From NCBI GenBank assembly GCA_965218975.1, contig OZ244717.1:480001-544000 (forward strand): a DNA stretch of 64,000 nucleotides, read 5' to 3'. The number at the start of each line of letters is the position of its first letter. Positions within the stretch are counted from its first letter, which is position 1. Origin of the DNA: Candidatus Oxydemutatoraceae bacterium. GTDB lineage: Bacteria; Pseudomonadota; Gammaproteobacteria; Poriferisulfidales; Oxydemutatoraceae. The position numbers were made by a program, and so were the translations under genes. A model generated the notes under the pieces. That model saw only the letters and a list, made by a program, of their open reading frames with translations, was not told the origin of the DNA and did not search any database. Of this stretch, positions 1-10,525 are shown in pieces.

Positions 1-189
1 AATCGTACTTTGACCCTAAGCGTATTCGGGGCAAACGAGGACGCGGAGCAGGTAGTAAAATAATCGTGTTCGGAGTGTTATAAACGTAACGGCCGGGGCT
101 ATACGGAAATTGTGCCTGATATTCGTAAACGTACGTTGCAAACAGTGATTCGGGGGAAAGTGAGTTTGGAAAGAATCATTCATTCTGAC
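1..189 (+). pseudogene. IS1595-family (ISXO2-like DDE) transposase fragment, frameshifted, truncated by the IS481 end at 190
   Basis: Manual translation across a frameshift gives ...PKRIRGKRGRGAGSKIIVFGV / YKRNGRGYTEIVPDIRKRTLQTVIRGKVSLERIIHSD, typical IS1595 motifs (GKRGRGA, VFG, IHSD). Confidence 0.75.
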
Positions 190-279
190 TGTACGATGCC
201 ACCCTAAAAGGGATTTTTGAAGAGATTCTGGGGAAACGTTCGGCAGTAACATTCGGATCGGTGCTTTCTGTCCGTTGCC

Positions 280-377
280 GGGTGAGACGCGCCCGGAAAA
301 CCGAGCGGTTTTCAGCGGCGAACGACCCGACAAGGACGTCGGGGCTGGTGCTCATTAACAGAACCAAGTCTCGTCAT
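280..377. repeat. 98-bp structured repeat unit (1 copy), followed by a degenerate tail to about 403
   Basis: GGGTGAGACGCGCCCGGAAAACC..GGTTTTCAGCGGCGAACGACCCGACAAGGACGTCGGGGCTGG..ACAGAACCAAGTCTCGTCAT. Confidence 0.95.
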
Positions 378-476
378 GGATGACAAACACTTTGCCGAAC
401 ATTCGCCAGCAAATACAAAATGGTTTCATCAACTCAAAGATTTTACTGCTGCCGAGATTCGAATGAGCTTGGCGCA

Positions 477-600
477 GGGTGAGACGCGCCCGGGAAACCG
501 ATCGGTTTTCAGCAGCGAACGACCCGACAAGGACGTCGGGGCTGGTGATCATTGACAGAACCAAGTCTCGTTATGGACGACAGGCACTTTGCTGACAATC
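477..600. repeat. 98-bp unit (477-574) plus 26-bp tail GGACGACAGGCACTTTGCTGACAATC
   Basis: Direct alignment by eye with the other copies. Confidence 0.95.
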
Positions 601-925
601 CGCCGACGCCTTTTGCGCGGCGCTTTGGTGCGGTCATGCAATGCACTGAGTCCAATGCGGCGATAACGTCGGCGCCAGCGGTACAAAAAGTACTGCAACC
701 GACTTTGAATGCGTTCGGGAGTTACATCCCTCCCAAAATGAGGGCGGCATATTTCTGTTGAAGCTTGAGTGCTCATGAGCCTCCATTTTTGAAGCAAAAT
801 TGGCTCATCTAGAAACCTTTGATGCGGTGTTGTAGCCGATTTGTGCTGATATTGCATATCGGCCACCTTTTTATTGACGTCCAAGAATCCGGTATGTGTC
901 CGGACACGTACAGAGCAAAAACGGC

Positions 926-1240
926 TTATTTAATTACTACTTCGCTGCTGCCGGAATTATCCTGATTATCCACCCAAGACAGTTTAACAGTGTCGCCTGC
1001 CGCGGCGCCCGTGAAAGTGAAGGAGACAAAAGGGTTTTGTGAAACACCGGTTCCCCAATAAGCATCAAATACCAACTTGCCTTTGTGCTCAGCCGACACA
1101 CGCCGAATAAAATGCGCCGGGATTATATTGCCGCTGTCGTCTTTGCGCCGTCCGGTTTCCATCGGGTGGCTAATCAGCGCTTTAATGGTGGTTTCCCCAT
1201 CTTTCAACTTTGCCCGCATTCGAATATTTTTGTTTGCCAT
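926..1240 (-). CDS. soxZ: Thiosulfate oxidation carrier protein SoxZ
   Basis: HPMETGRRKD..G..IPAHFI and W.DN motifs; directly downstream of soxY. Confidence 0.95.
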   Translation of the reverse strand: MANKNIRMRAKLKDGETTIKALISHPMETGRRKDDSGNIIPAHFIRRVSAEHKGKLVFDAYWGTGVSQNPFVSFTFTGAAAGDTVKLSWVDNQDNSGSSEVVIK

Positions 1241-1260
1241 CGCTTCCGCTCAATTATTGC

Positions 1261-1704
1261 TTAACCGCAACCTCCCGCGGTAACCTGCACTTTACGGCGA
1301 GCACTGTAAAATTTACCATCCGCCTTGACTAAAGCAATGATGTCGGAAGTTTCACGGACTTTCACATTGACTGCAACTTCAGGCTTGTTATACTCGGTGA
1401 ACATAAATCGCGATGTCAAAGGGACAGGATTTTTTTCGACCAGAATGTTAATCATGTCAACTTTATCAAGGCTTGTTTTGACTCCGACACGTACCTGGCC
1501 GCCATTTTCGGCCACTCGCGGCACTTCAAGCTCCACATCAGATTCACTAATGCCGGCGCCGCCGGTAATGTCGGCAATGGTTTTATCCAGCTCGGTTATT
1601 GAAAAAATCGCCTTCGGCCAATCGGCGTAAGCTGGCAGCGAGAAAAAACTGACAGCCGCCCAACCGACAACGCGGCTTAAAAAATTTCTGCGACACGGAT
1701 TCAT
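1261..1704 (-). CDS. soxY: Thiosulfate oxidation carrier protein SoxY
   Basis: Tat signal RRNFL, P.VAENG motif, C-terminal VTAGGCG swinging arm; start taken at MNPCRR. Confidence 0.95.
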   Translation of the reverse strand: MNPCRRNFLSRVVGWAAVSFFSLPAYADWPKAIFSITELDKTIADITGGAGISESDVELEVPRVAENGGQVRVGVKTSLDKVDMINILVEKNPVPLTSRFMFTEYNKPEVAVNVKVRETSDIIALVKADGKFYSARRKVQVTAGGCG

Positions 1705-1962
1705 TGTTTTTCCAACCTCCGGCTTCCGCAATGTTTGAGTGTATCAATGAATTGTACTATGTTAGCATCATTATTTAATCATTCAAAGGTTTTGGCAAAA
1801 TGTTTTGTGAAAATAATCATAGCCGATTGTATCCGGCAATGATGCTTATTGCGTTGCTTAGCGCCGCTTGCGGCAATCGGGGGGATCTTTATTTGCCGGA
1901 TGAACAGAATCGTAAAGTTACCGAATCCGGCATATCACAGTCACAAGCGGCAGAATAGCACG

Positions 1963-3207
1963 ATGATGCTGATAGATAGGCAAGACGGGAAAGGGTTGCG
2001 ATTGGAGAGTGTCCCGTTGTATACGATTGCCGACCGTTTCGGCACTCCGACATACGTCTATTCCGGCGCAACATTCGAGCAAAACTGGCGCGCATTCGAT
2101 AGCGCATTATATGGGCGAGCGCATTCGGTTTGTTATGCGGTGAAAGCGTGTTCAAACATTGCATTACTACAGCTATTGGCAAAACTTGGCAGCGGTTTCG
2201 ACATTGTTTCCGGCGGTGAATTGGAGCGAGTGCGGCGTGTCGGCGGCGATCTCAACAAAGTGGTTTTTTCGGGAGTCGGCAAGTTGCCGCATGAAATTGA
2301 AAATGCGTTACGTTCAAATATTCGTTGTTTAAATGTGGAGTCATCCGCTGAATTAAAAGCTGTCGAGCAAACGGCGGAGCGGCTAGGAGGTGTCGCACCG
2401 GTTGCCTTGCGAATTAATCCCGATGTCGCTATCGATACGCACCGCTATATTGCGACCGGCTTCGGTGAAAGTAAGTTCGGGGTGTCGCCGGGGCAGGCTC
2501 GAGATATGTATCGCCGGATTGCCGGTAGCAACGTATTGCAAGCGGTCGGTATCGGTTGCCACATCGGTTCGCAGATCACCACAACCGAACCGTTCGCTCA
2601 AGCGGCTAAATTATTGATTGAACTTGCCGATGAATTGGTTGCGGACGGACTTCCTCTGCAACACATTGATTTTGGCGGCGGATTCGCAGCAGGCGATGGT
2701 ACATTAAGTGCGCATGAGTATATGCAAGTGTTGACGGATGCAATCGGCGACCGCCCATGGGAAGTACTGATTGAGCCGGGACGTTCGATCAGCGGCACGG
2801 CCGGGCTATTGTTGACGCAAGTGATCTATTTGAAGAAGAACGGACGGAAAAAATTTGCGGTGGTGGACGCAGCCATGAACGACTTAATTCGTCCGGCGTT
2901 GTATCAAGCAAAGCACTCATTAGTAGAAGTTCGCGAGCATATCGGACTTGCTCACGACGAGTGGGACATTGTCGGGGCGGTGTGCGAAAGCGGCGACTTT
3001 ATCGCACATGATTGCCGGTTGAGAATTAAGGAAGGTGATTTGCTTGCAGTGTTAACAGCGGGCGCATACGGATTTTCTATGGCGGGCAACTACAATTCAA
3101 GGCCGCGTGCTGCCGAAGTATTGGTTGACGGCGAACAATTTCATTTGATCCGCACCCGTGAAACAGTAACCGATTTAATGGCGAACGAATTTCTGCTTGA
3201 CGAATGA
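1963..3207 (+). CDS. lysA: Diaminopimelate decarboxylase
   Basis: YAVKA PLP lysine, HIGSQ, EPGR, CESGD, YNSRPR motifs; the ORF extends to 1849 but the likely start is about 1963. Confidence 0.95.
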   Translation: MMLIDRQDGKGLRLESVPLYTIADRFGTPTYVYSGATFEQNWRAFDSALYGRAHSVCYAVKACSNIALLQLLAKLGSGFDIVSGGELERVRRVGGDLNKVVFSGVGKLPHEIENALRSNIRCLNVESSAELKAVEQTAERLGGVAPVALRINPDVAIDTHRYIATGFGESKFGVSPGQARDMYRRIAGSNVLQAVGIGCHIGSQITTTEPFAQAAKLLIELADELVADGLPLQHIDFGGGFAAGDGTLSAHEYMQVLTDAIGDRPWEVLIEPGRSISGTAGLLLTQVIYLKKNGRKKFAVVDAAMNDLIRPALYQAKHSLVEVREHIGLAHDEWDIVGAVCESGDFIAHDCRLRIKEGDLLAVLTAGAYGFSMAGNYNSRPRAAEVLVDGEQFHLIRTRETVTDLMANEFLLDE

Positions 3208-3226
3208 ACCCGTAATTAAGGATGAT

Positions 3227-3550
3227 TTAATCGGCAGTAAAAGTCGTTTGCGAAATGTTGCCGGATGTGTCGATATCGACTCGGGTTACTTGCGGCATTC
3301 GTTTTAGAATATAAGCGGCGGCAAGCTCCGCTAGCGAGTGATTTTCTTGAAGGATAGCTGTTAGTATGCGATCGGCGGCAATCTGACAACGTTGCAGGGT
3401 ATTCGGGCACTCAACCCACCGCCGGCTCATTTGCCGACCGCGATTTAGATTGCGGTCGATATCGGAGAAGAAATCTTCCGCCTCCTCAAGCAAGGTATCG
3501 GTGACTTCAATCCGATAAAGCGACCCATCAATGGCGACTGTTAATAGCAA
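3227..3550 (-). CDS. Conserved hypothetical protein (107 aa)
   Basis: Clean ORF with protein-like composition; motif FF..D..L..G.QMSR.WVE.P....RCQIAAD resembles hypothetical proteins I recall from sulfur oxidisers (recollection, not a search). Confidence 0.7.
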   Translation of the reverse strand: MLLTVAIDGSLYRIEVTDTLLEEAEDFFSDIDRNLNRGRQMSRRWVECPNTLQRCQIAADRILTAILQENHSLAELAAAYILKRMPQVTRVDIDTSGNISQTTFTAD

Positions 3551-3643
3551 GCTTGTTTTTGACCGGCCGAAACAACTTTTATCTATGTCCGATACTGAGA
3601 CTATGGTTGAAGGGAAGCGGCTGTTTTCAGATTAAAGCGTAGA

Positions 3644-3844
3644 TTAACGTTTTGAACCGATTTCTTTGTGTGCGTCTTCGATGATTTCCATTGCGATTTT
3701 CATACAATCCTCACGATATCCGGCGAGCACAGACTCATCCTCAGGTGTGAAGTAATCTTTCATAGAAACCCCTGCCTCGTGCTCTTTCAAAATGAATTTT
3801 TTTTGCATTTCTATCAGTCTTTTAATTTTTTCCTGCTTAGTCAT
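3644..3844 (-). CDS. Small hypothetical helical protein (66 aa)
   Basis: ATG with AAGGTG RBS-like sequence upstream; charged amphipathic helices; co-oriented with 3227-3550. Confidence 0.7.
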   Translation of the reverse strand: MTKQEKIKRLIEMQKKFILKEHEAGVSMKDYFTPEDESVLAGYREDCMKIAMEIIEDAHKEIGSKR

Positions 3845-4021
3845 TTCTTCACCTTACAAGTACCTGAATTGATCCGTTGATTAAGGACGTTTAGCGCATT
3901 GTCGGTTGTAAGACTAACCGAAGTAACCGAACATTTCCAATATTCCTGATTAGATAGCGCATGATTACAGGTATGTCGTCCCGCGCGACGGATAAGATAT
4001 AATAGCGTCTTTTATTTCAGC

Positions 4022-4098
4022 GGGCGTGTAGCTCAGTTGGTTAGAGCACCGTCTTCACATGGCGGGGGTCGCTGGTTCGAGTCCGGCCATGCCCACCA
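4022..4098 (+). tRNA. tRNA-Val (anticodon CAC)
   Basis: Cloverleaf GGGCGTG..CATGCCC-A-CCA, D arm AGCTCAGTTGGTTAGAGC, anticodon arm CCGTC-TTCACAT-GGCGG, T loop GGTTCGAGTCC. Confidence 0.95.
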
Positions 4099-4216
4099 CA
4101 ACCTAAGCTTCTCGGCTTTCGAGAACTAACCCGTGGACGGCACAGAGTGCCGCCCGCTGATTTTGCGGCGTACGTCTTGTGAGAATGATAAGCCGAATTC
4201 TTTTGATACGAAACAG

Positions 4217-4470
4217 CTAATCAACCCCATCCACAAACGTTTCAACAAACGCTTTAATCCGGTCAATAATACGTTCTGTGATTATACGGCGCTCCTTAAT
4301 CTTCGGGCGTATATACATGATGTCAATCACGTCATCTCGCAACGGCGTCTTCTCCGTGAACAGATAATCATCAATCACTTCCCGCAACCTGTTAACGTCT
4401 AGCCCTTCATCCTCGCTTAAAGCCTGAATGGCCTTGTGCTTTTCTTCAGTCCAGTAGCCTTCAAAAGCGA
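4217..4470 (-). pseudogene. C-terminal remnant of a type I restriction endonuclease R subunit (HsdR)-like gene
   Basis: FEGYW..EK..A...L.E.EGLD...L..VI.DYLFTEK.PLRDDV...RPK..ER....ERI.D.I..FVETF resembles HsdR C-termini; cut off by the IS end at 4471. Confidence 0.55.
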
Positions 4471-4566
4471 TGTATAGTGCCAGATACATATGGGACTCAC
4501 GGCACGACTCGAAAAGGTGACCGATATGCAATATCAGCATATCGGCCACCGCATCAAATGTTTCTG
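4471..4566 (+). mobile_element. Isolated IS481 left-end fragment
   Basis: TGTATAGTGCCAGATACATATGGGACTCAC...ATGCAATATCAGCA nearly identical to 33853 onward and to the reverse complement of 6862 backward. Confidence 0.8.
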
Positions 4567-4574
4567 AGCTTATG

Positions 4575-4993
4575 CACATGCTATCGGCAAGATGGGATGG
4601 ATTGACAAACTCTTTGATGCTGTCAAAGGGGGCAATGGATAACCCATCCGACAACTCGATTTCCTGATCTAGACGTAATCCACGAAAAACGGAAATATGG
4701 TAACCGGTGAACCGACGTCTTTCCTCCGGTGCCAGAAATTCTTCCAGTCTTGATGCTACATCATTGAGGTCTTTACCCTTCGTGCAACTCATTAGCCCCG
4801 CAACGATATCGGTCAAACTTACGCACGCACCCACATTTTCGATGTGAACATTAAGTTCATCTGTTTTGGACGAGGACTCCAAGACGTGTTTTAGGACAGG
4901 GTGTTCGCGCAGGACCTTTTTAACCGCATTCAATGCCAAGAAAAGAGGTCCGTAGTGAGTCCTATAGTAAAGAGACTCTTTGTTGGCACGCAT
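4575..4993 (-). pseudogene. Truncated N-terminal part of an unknown accessory gene
   Basis: MRANKESLYY..GLRLDQEIELSDGLSIAPF; bounded on both sides by IS481 ends. Confidence 0.4.
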
Positions 4994-5135
4994 TATTATA
5001 TATAGAATAACGACGGCTGGAAAAAGGGTGTACGATGCCACCCTAAATGGGATTTTTGAAGGGCTTCGGGGGAAACGTTCGGCAGTAACATTCGGATCGG
5101 TGCTTTCTGTCCGTTGTCGGCATGAGGACGGTGCA

Positions 5136-5357
5136 GGGTGAGACGCGTCCGGAAAACCGATCGGTTTTCAGCGGCGAACGACCCGACAAGGATGTCGGGG
5201 CTGGAGATCATTGACAGAACCAAGTCTCGTCATGGGTGAGACGCGCCCGGAAAACCAATTGGTTTTCAGCGGTGAACGACCCGACAAGGATGTCGGGGCT
5301 GGCGCTCATTGACAGAACCAAGTCGCGTCATGGATGACAGGCACTTTGCCGACAATC
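5136..5357. repeat. Two tandem 98-bp units (5136-5233, 5234-5331) plus 26-bp tail
   Basis: Exact 98-bp periodicity of GGGTGAGACGCG. Confidence 0.95.
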
Positions 5358-5606
5358 CGGCACAATCCGCCGACAACACGCCAACAAACACAAAACGGTT
5401 TCATAACCGGTCATTGAATGCTTCCGTATCGGCGAATAGCAGGTCTTCCGCATGATCGATACAATCTTCTTGGACGGTGCGGTTGAAGCGCACGATGTGC
5501 GCGTTCATTTTTGGACACTTGGGATAGGTCAGCCACTGTTCAATCACGGATGATTTCCGGATGAGCCGGGCAAACTGTCCTTGAAACTCGCTCCTGCCGT
5601 CCGTCA

Positions 5607-5926
5607 GGGTGAGACGCGCCCGGAAAACCGATCGGTTTTCAGCGGCGAACAACTCGACAAGGACGTCGGGGCTGGCGCTCATTGACAGAACCAAGTCTCG
5701 TCATGGGTGAGACGCGCCCGGAAAACCAATTGGTTTTCAGCGGCGAACGATCCGACAAGGATGTCGGGGCTGGGGCTTGTTGACAGAACCCAGTCGCGTC
5801 ATGGGTGAGACGCGCCCGGAAAACCAATTGGTTTTCAGCGGTGAACGACCCGACAAGGATGTCGGGGCTGGGGCTTGTTGACAGAACCCAGTCGCGTCAT
5901 GGATGACAGGCACTTTGCCGAAATTC
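5607..5926. repeat. Three tandem 98-bp units (5607-5704, 5705-5802, 5803-5900) plus tail
   Basis: Exact 98-bp periodicity. Confidence 0.95.
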
Positions 5927-6236
5927 TGCCAGGCGCAGGAATGCGGCTGTGTTGCGGCTGTTACAGCGGTTGGTTGCCACTGCTATTGCCATTCGGGTAT
6001 AGATATTGATGGCCGTTAAGACGTAGCGGCGCACTCCGTGCTGATAACGCACAATCGTATCCAGGGCGATACAATGCCCCCGGATACTGTGCTTTGAAGT
6101 GTTTCGGCTTGCGTGCCCTGCAACGGCGCTTAAACGGTCGTTTTGTTTGTCCTTTGGCATTCAGCCGCTGCGGAATACAGCGCATTTTATCCGGCGCATC
6201 TGCGATCAGGCGCGCAATCGTGCGGACACTCGGGCA

Positions 6237-6556
6237 GGGTGAGACGCGCCCGGAAAACCAATTGGTTTTCAGCGGCGAACGATCCGACAAGGATGTCGGG
6301 GCTGGGGCTTGTTGACAGAACCAAGTCGCGTCATGGGTGAGACGCGCCCGGAAAACCGATCGGTTTTCAGCGGCGAACGACTCGACAAGGACGTCGGGGC
6401 TGGCTCTCATTGACAGAACCAAGTCTCGTCATGGGGGAGACGCGCCCGGAAAACCAATTGGTTTTCAGCGGCGAACGACCCGACAAGGATGTCGGGGCTG
6501 GGGCTTGTTGACAGAACCAAGTCTCGTCATGGACGACAGGCACTTTGCTGACAATC
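6237..6556. repeat. Three tandem 98-bp units (6237-6334, 6335-6432, 6433-6530) plus 26-bp tail
   Basis: Exact 98-bp periodicity. Confidence 0.95.
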
Positions 6557-7144
6557 CGCTGGCGCCTCTTACGCGGCGCTTTGCCGCGATCATGTAAGGC
6601 GCTGAGGCCAGTGTGGCGATAACGCCGACGCCAGCGGTACAAAGTACTGCGACCGATCTTGAATGCGTTCGGGAGTTACAACCCTCCCAAAATAATAGGG
6701 CATCATATTTCTGTTGAGCCGTTGTGTTCATAATAACCTCTATTTTTGAAGCAAAATTGGCTCATATAGAAACCTTTGATGCGGTGGCCGATGTACTGAT
6801 ATTGCATATCGGTTACCTTTTTGAGTCGTGCCGTGAATCCCACATGTATCTGGCACTGTACAAAGGGTCGGAAAACGTTGCTCGTCGCTTAGCGAGTTCG
6901 CCCACCCCTATTTTAATGATATCTAGCTCAGAGATGTAATCCATTTCAGTCTCTGCCAGCGAAGAAAGAGATTGAGCCAAACGTTTAACCCAATCGGATG
7001 CCGAAAAATGATGCTGTACCATAGTTAAGAACTTATCCTATTACATCTGATTGCGTCAATGTCTTAGATGTTAAGGATATGTAGTATAGCCAAGTCGCTA
7101 TCCAACAACACAGCGTGTAATATGCGACGAATCCGTACAAATTC

Positions 7145-7170
7145 CTTGACTTTAGTTAAAGTGCCCATAT
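7145..7170 (+). promoter_or_regulatory. Putative sigma-32 (RpoH) heat-shock promoter of groESL
   Basis: CTTGAC-N13-CCCATAT resembles the CTTGAA-N13/14-CCCCAT consensus, about 80 bp upstream of groES. Confidence 0.65.
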
Positions 7171-7250
7171 TATTGTATGCACGATGGAAGCGCCAAAGGT
7201 GCTTTATCTCGTTAAATCACTGATTCGTAAACAAACGTTAGGAGTATTAT

Positions 7251-7538
7251 ATGAAACTTCGTCCCTTATATGACCGTGTAGTCGTTAGGCGTATGGAAGA
7301 GGAGCGGACAAGTCCCGGCGGTATCGTGATACCGGACAACGCCACCGAGAAACCCATGCGTGGTGAAATTATCTCACTAGGAACCGGCAAACTGATGGAT
7401 AATGGGGAAGTCCGCCCGCCCGCTATTAAAGCAGGCGATATAGTTCTGTTTGGGAAATATTCCGGAACAGAAGTCAAAATTGATGATCAAGAACTGGTTG
7501 TAATGCGTGAAGACGACATTATGGCAGTGATTGAGTAA
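7251..7538 (+). CDS. groES: Co-chaperonin GroES
   Basis: [27 protein letters not shown]. Confidence 0.98.
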   Translation: MKLRPLYDRVVVRRMEEERTSPGGIVIPDNATEKPMRGEIISLGTGKLMDNGEVRPPAIKAGDIVLFGKYSGTEVKIDDQELVVMREDDIMAVIE

Positions 7539-7573
7539 CTAAGAAGTAACTTTAAATTAAATAGGGAAATTAA

Positions 7574-9229
<1,656 letters not shown>

Positions 9230-9343
9230 GCAGCCTAGATGCTACATCTACCGCTGAGTTGAGTGTTTCGACCGGAACCGACGACAGTCGTTGCCGATGG
9301 TGTCCGACTGGCCGCAAGGTTCAGTATGAGCAGGATAGGGATA

Positions 9344-9385
9344 CGGGGTATTTAGAGGCAATTCGATATTGCTTCTAATACCCCG
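9344..9385. terminator. Long inverted repeat between convergent groEL and fxsA; possible terminator or stabilising hairpin
   Basis: CGGGGTATTTAGAGGCAAT-TCGAT-ATTGCTTCTAATACCCCG; no clear U-tract on the + strand. Confidence 0.4.
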
Positions 9386-9685
9386 GTGAAAAAGAAATCG
9401 GAGATGCGGTAGAGGTTCTCTAACAAAGTGTCGGATAGGTCTGCTAAATACACTTTTTCTCGTCCGATACGTCTTACATACATAAAATCCGCATTCGTAT
9501 CAGCAGTTTGTAAAAACGTAGCCCGGCACACACTGCCTTTGGTTCATTGCAAAGTGCGCACGGCGAATGAGCGAATATCAACTCGTTCGGAGCAAGCATT
9601 GCGGTGCAAAGCGCGGGCTTTTTGCGGAGACGGTTTAGATTTTTTCGTTTAAAAATGAATCCGTCCGCGTTATTGATAATAACTT

Positions 9686-10114
9686 TCAATCATTGTCGTC
9701 ATGTCGACGAAAAGTGCCCTCGATGTCGCGTCCTTTGCGACCGCTTTCTCGGGTAAACTCACGATCGAGATCGAGACCGTTTTTTACCATAAGGCGAATC
9801 AACCACATTCGACTGATCCGTAATAAACATAGAAACCCGATCAAGTCGGTTATAAAGCCGGGCACCAATAGCAATCCTCCGCCGATCAGCAGTAACAATC
9901 TTTCCAATAGCTCAAAAGCCAACAGTTCGCCGCGTGCTTGCACGGCTTGAAAGTGCATAAATGTATCAAGCCCTTGCGCCTTTAACATGCCGATGCCGAT
10001 TATGGCGGTTAAGAGAACCAAAAAAATCGTTGCCCAAACGCCTATCATTGAGCCGACCTCAATTAAGACAACGATTTCTATCAGCGGTGCAAGGATTAGC
10101 AGGAAAATTAACAT
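9686..10114 (-). CDS. fxsA: FxsA family membrane protein
   Basis: PLIEI..LI.VG..IG, LLLVPGFITD..G motifs; conserved position next to groES and cutA. Confidence 0.9.
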   Translation of the reverse strand: MLIFLLILAPLIEIVVLIEVGSMIGVWATIFLVLLTAIIGIGMLKAQGLDTFMHFQAVQARGELLAFELLERLLLLIGGGLLLVPGFITDLIGFLCLLRISRMWLIRLMVKNGLDLDREFTRESGRKGRDIEGTFRRHDDND

Positions 10115-10192
10115 AGCATGAAAGCGCCTAATAACGAATAGTGATAGCGTTATATAATAATGCAGTTAGATCAACTTTTCAGGAAAAGACTT

Positions 10193-10525
10193 ATGCCGAA
10201 GGAGTCATTGTTACTTGTCCAAACAAGCTTGCCCGATGATGCGGCGGCGGCAAAGCTTGCCGCCGCGTTGATTGAAAAGCGCCTTGCTGCTTGTGCGCAA
10301 ATTGCCGGACCGGTTGAGTCGGTATATCGTTGGCAGGGTGCGGTTGAAAAACAACGGGAATTTCTATTGACGGTAAAGACCTGCCGGGAAAATTGTCAAC
10401 ATGTGATGACTTTTCTTATTAAACATCATCCTTATACCACTCCCGAAGTCATTGCAATCCCTATTGGCATGGTGAACGACGCCTATCTGAATTGGGCAAT
10501 AGGCGAATGCGGTTCATCTCAGTAA
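10193..10525 (+). CDS. cutA: Divalent-cation tolerance protein CutA
   Basis: LIEKRLAACAQI, SVYRWQG, HPYTTPEVIA. Confidence 0.92.
   Translation: MPKESLLLVQTSLPDDAAAAKLAAALIEKRLAACAQIAGPVESVYRWQGAVEKQREFLLTVKTCRENCQHVMTFLIKHHPYTTPEVIAIPIGMVNDAYLNWAIGECGSSQ

Larger units (their letters stand above)
190..912 (-). mobile_element. Defective IS481-family element (copy A), internally deleted, carrying two single 98-bp units
   Basis: TGT...ACA termini with imperfect IRs (TGTACGATGCCACCC; rc TGTACGTGTCCGGACACAT). Minus-strand transposase pieces LYRWRRRY..APRKRRRR, LRQAHSNLGSSKIFELMKPFC, GNGQKAP. Confidence 0.75.
5029..6862 (-). mobile_element. Defective IS481-family element (copy B) with 5-bp target duplication AAGGG, carrying three blocks of the 98-bp repeat
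   Basis: Ends TGTACGATGCCA (5029) and TGGCACTGTACA (6862); AAGGG at 5024-5028 and 6863-6867. rve-type fragments: HCIALDT, LTDGRSEF, PKCPKMNAHIVRFNRTVQED, HRPH. Confidence 0.9.

Noticed and set aside
280-377. Known ribozyme (HDV-like GGCGAA after a hairpin, or hammerhead) or integron attC site in the 98-mer
   Set aside because: I could not build the HDV nested pseudoknot (no P3/L3 TCC element), found no CTGANGA core, and found no RYYYAAC/GTTRRRY ends. A covariance search is needed to exclude these formally.
4217-5041. 274-aa ORF as a genuine gene
   Set aside because: It is a chimera: it starts in an IS481 end, runs through an unknown fragment and the antisense of another IS481 end (4471-4566), and finishes in an HsdR-like tail.
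5136-6556. CRISPR array interpretation of the tandem repeats
   Set aside because: Units are 98 bp and directly abutting with no unique spacers; the sequences between blocks are 100-310 bp transposase pieces; there is no leader or cas1/cas2.
176-6642. Recurrent short ORFs such as MVLSM..PDVLVGSFAAENRSVFRARLT
   Set aside because: They are translations of the 98-bp repeat. The unit length is not a multiple of 3, so the frame shifts between tandem copies.
6893-6910. attL-like duplicate of the tRNA-Val 3' end
   Set aside because: Only GCCCACC matches, which is short enough to be chance.
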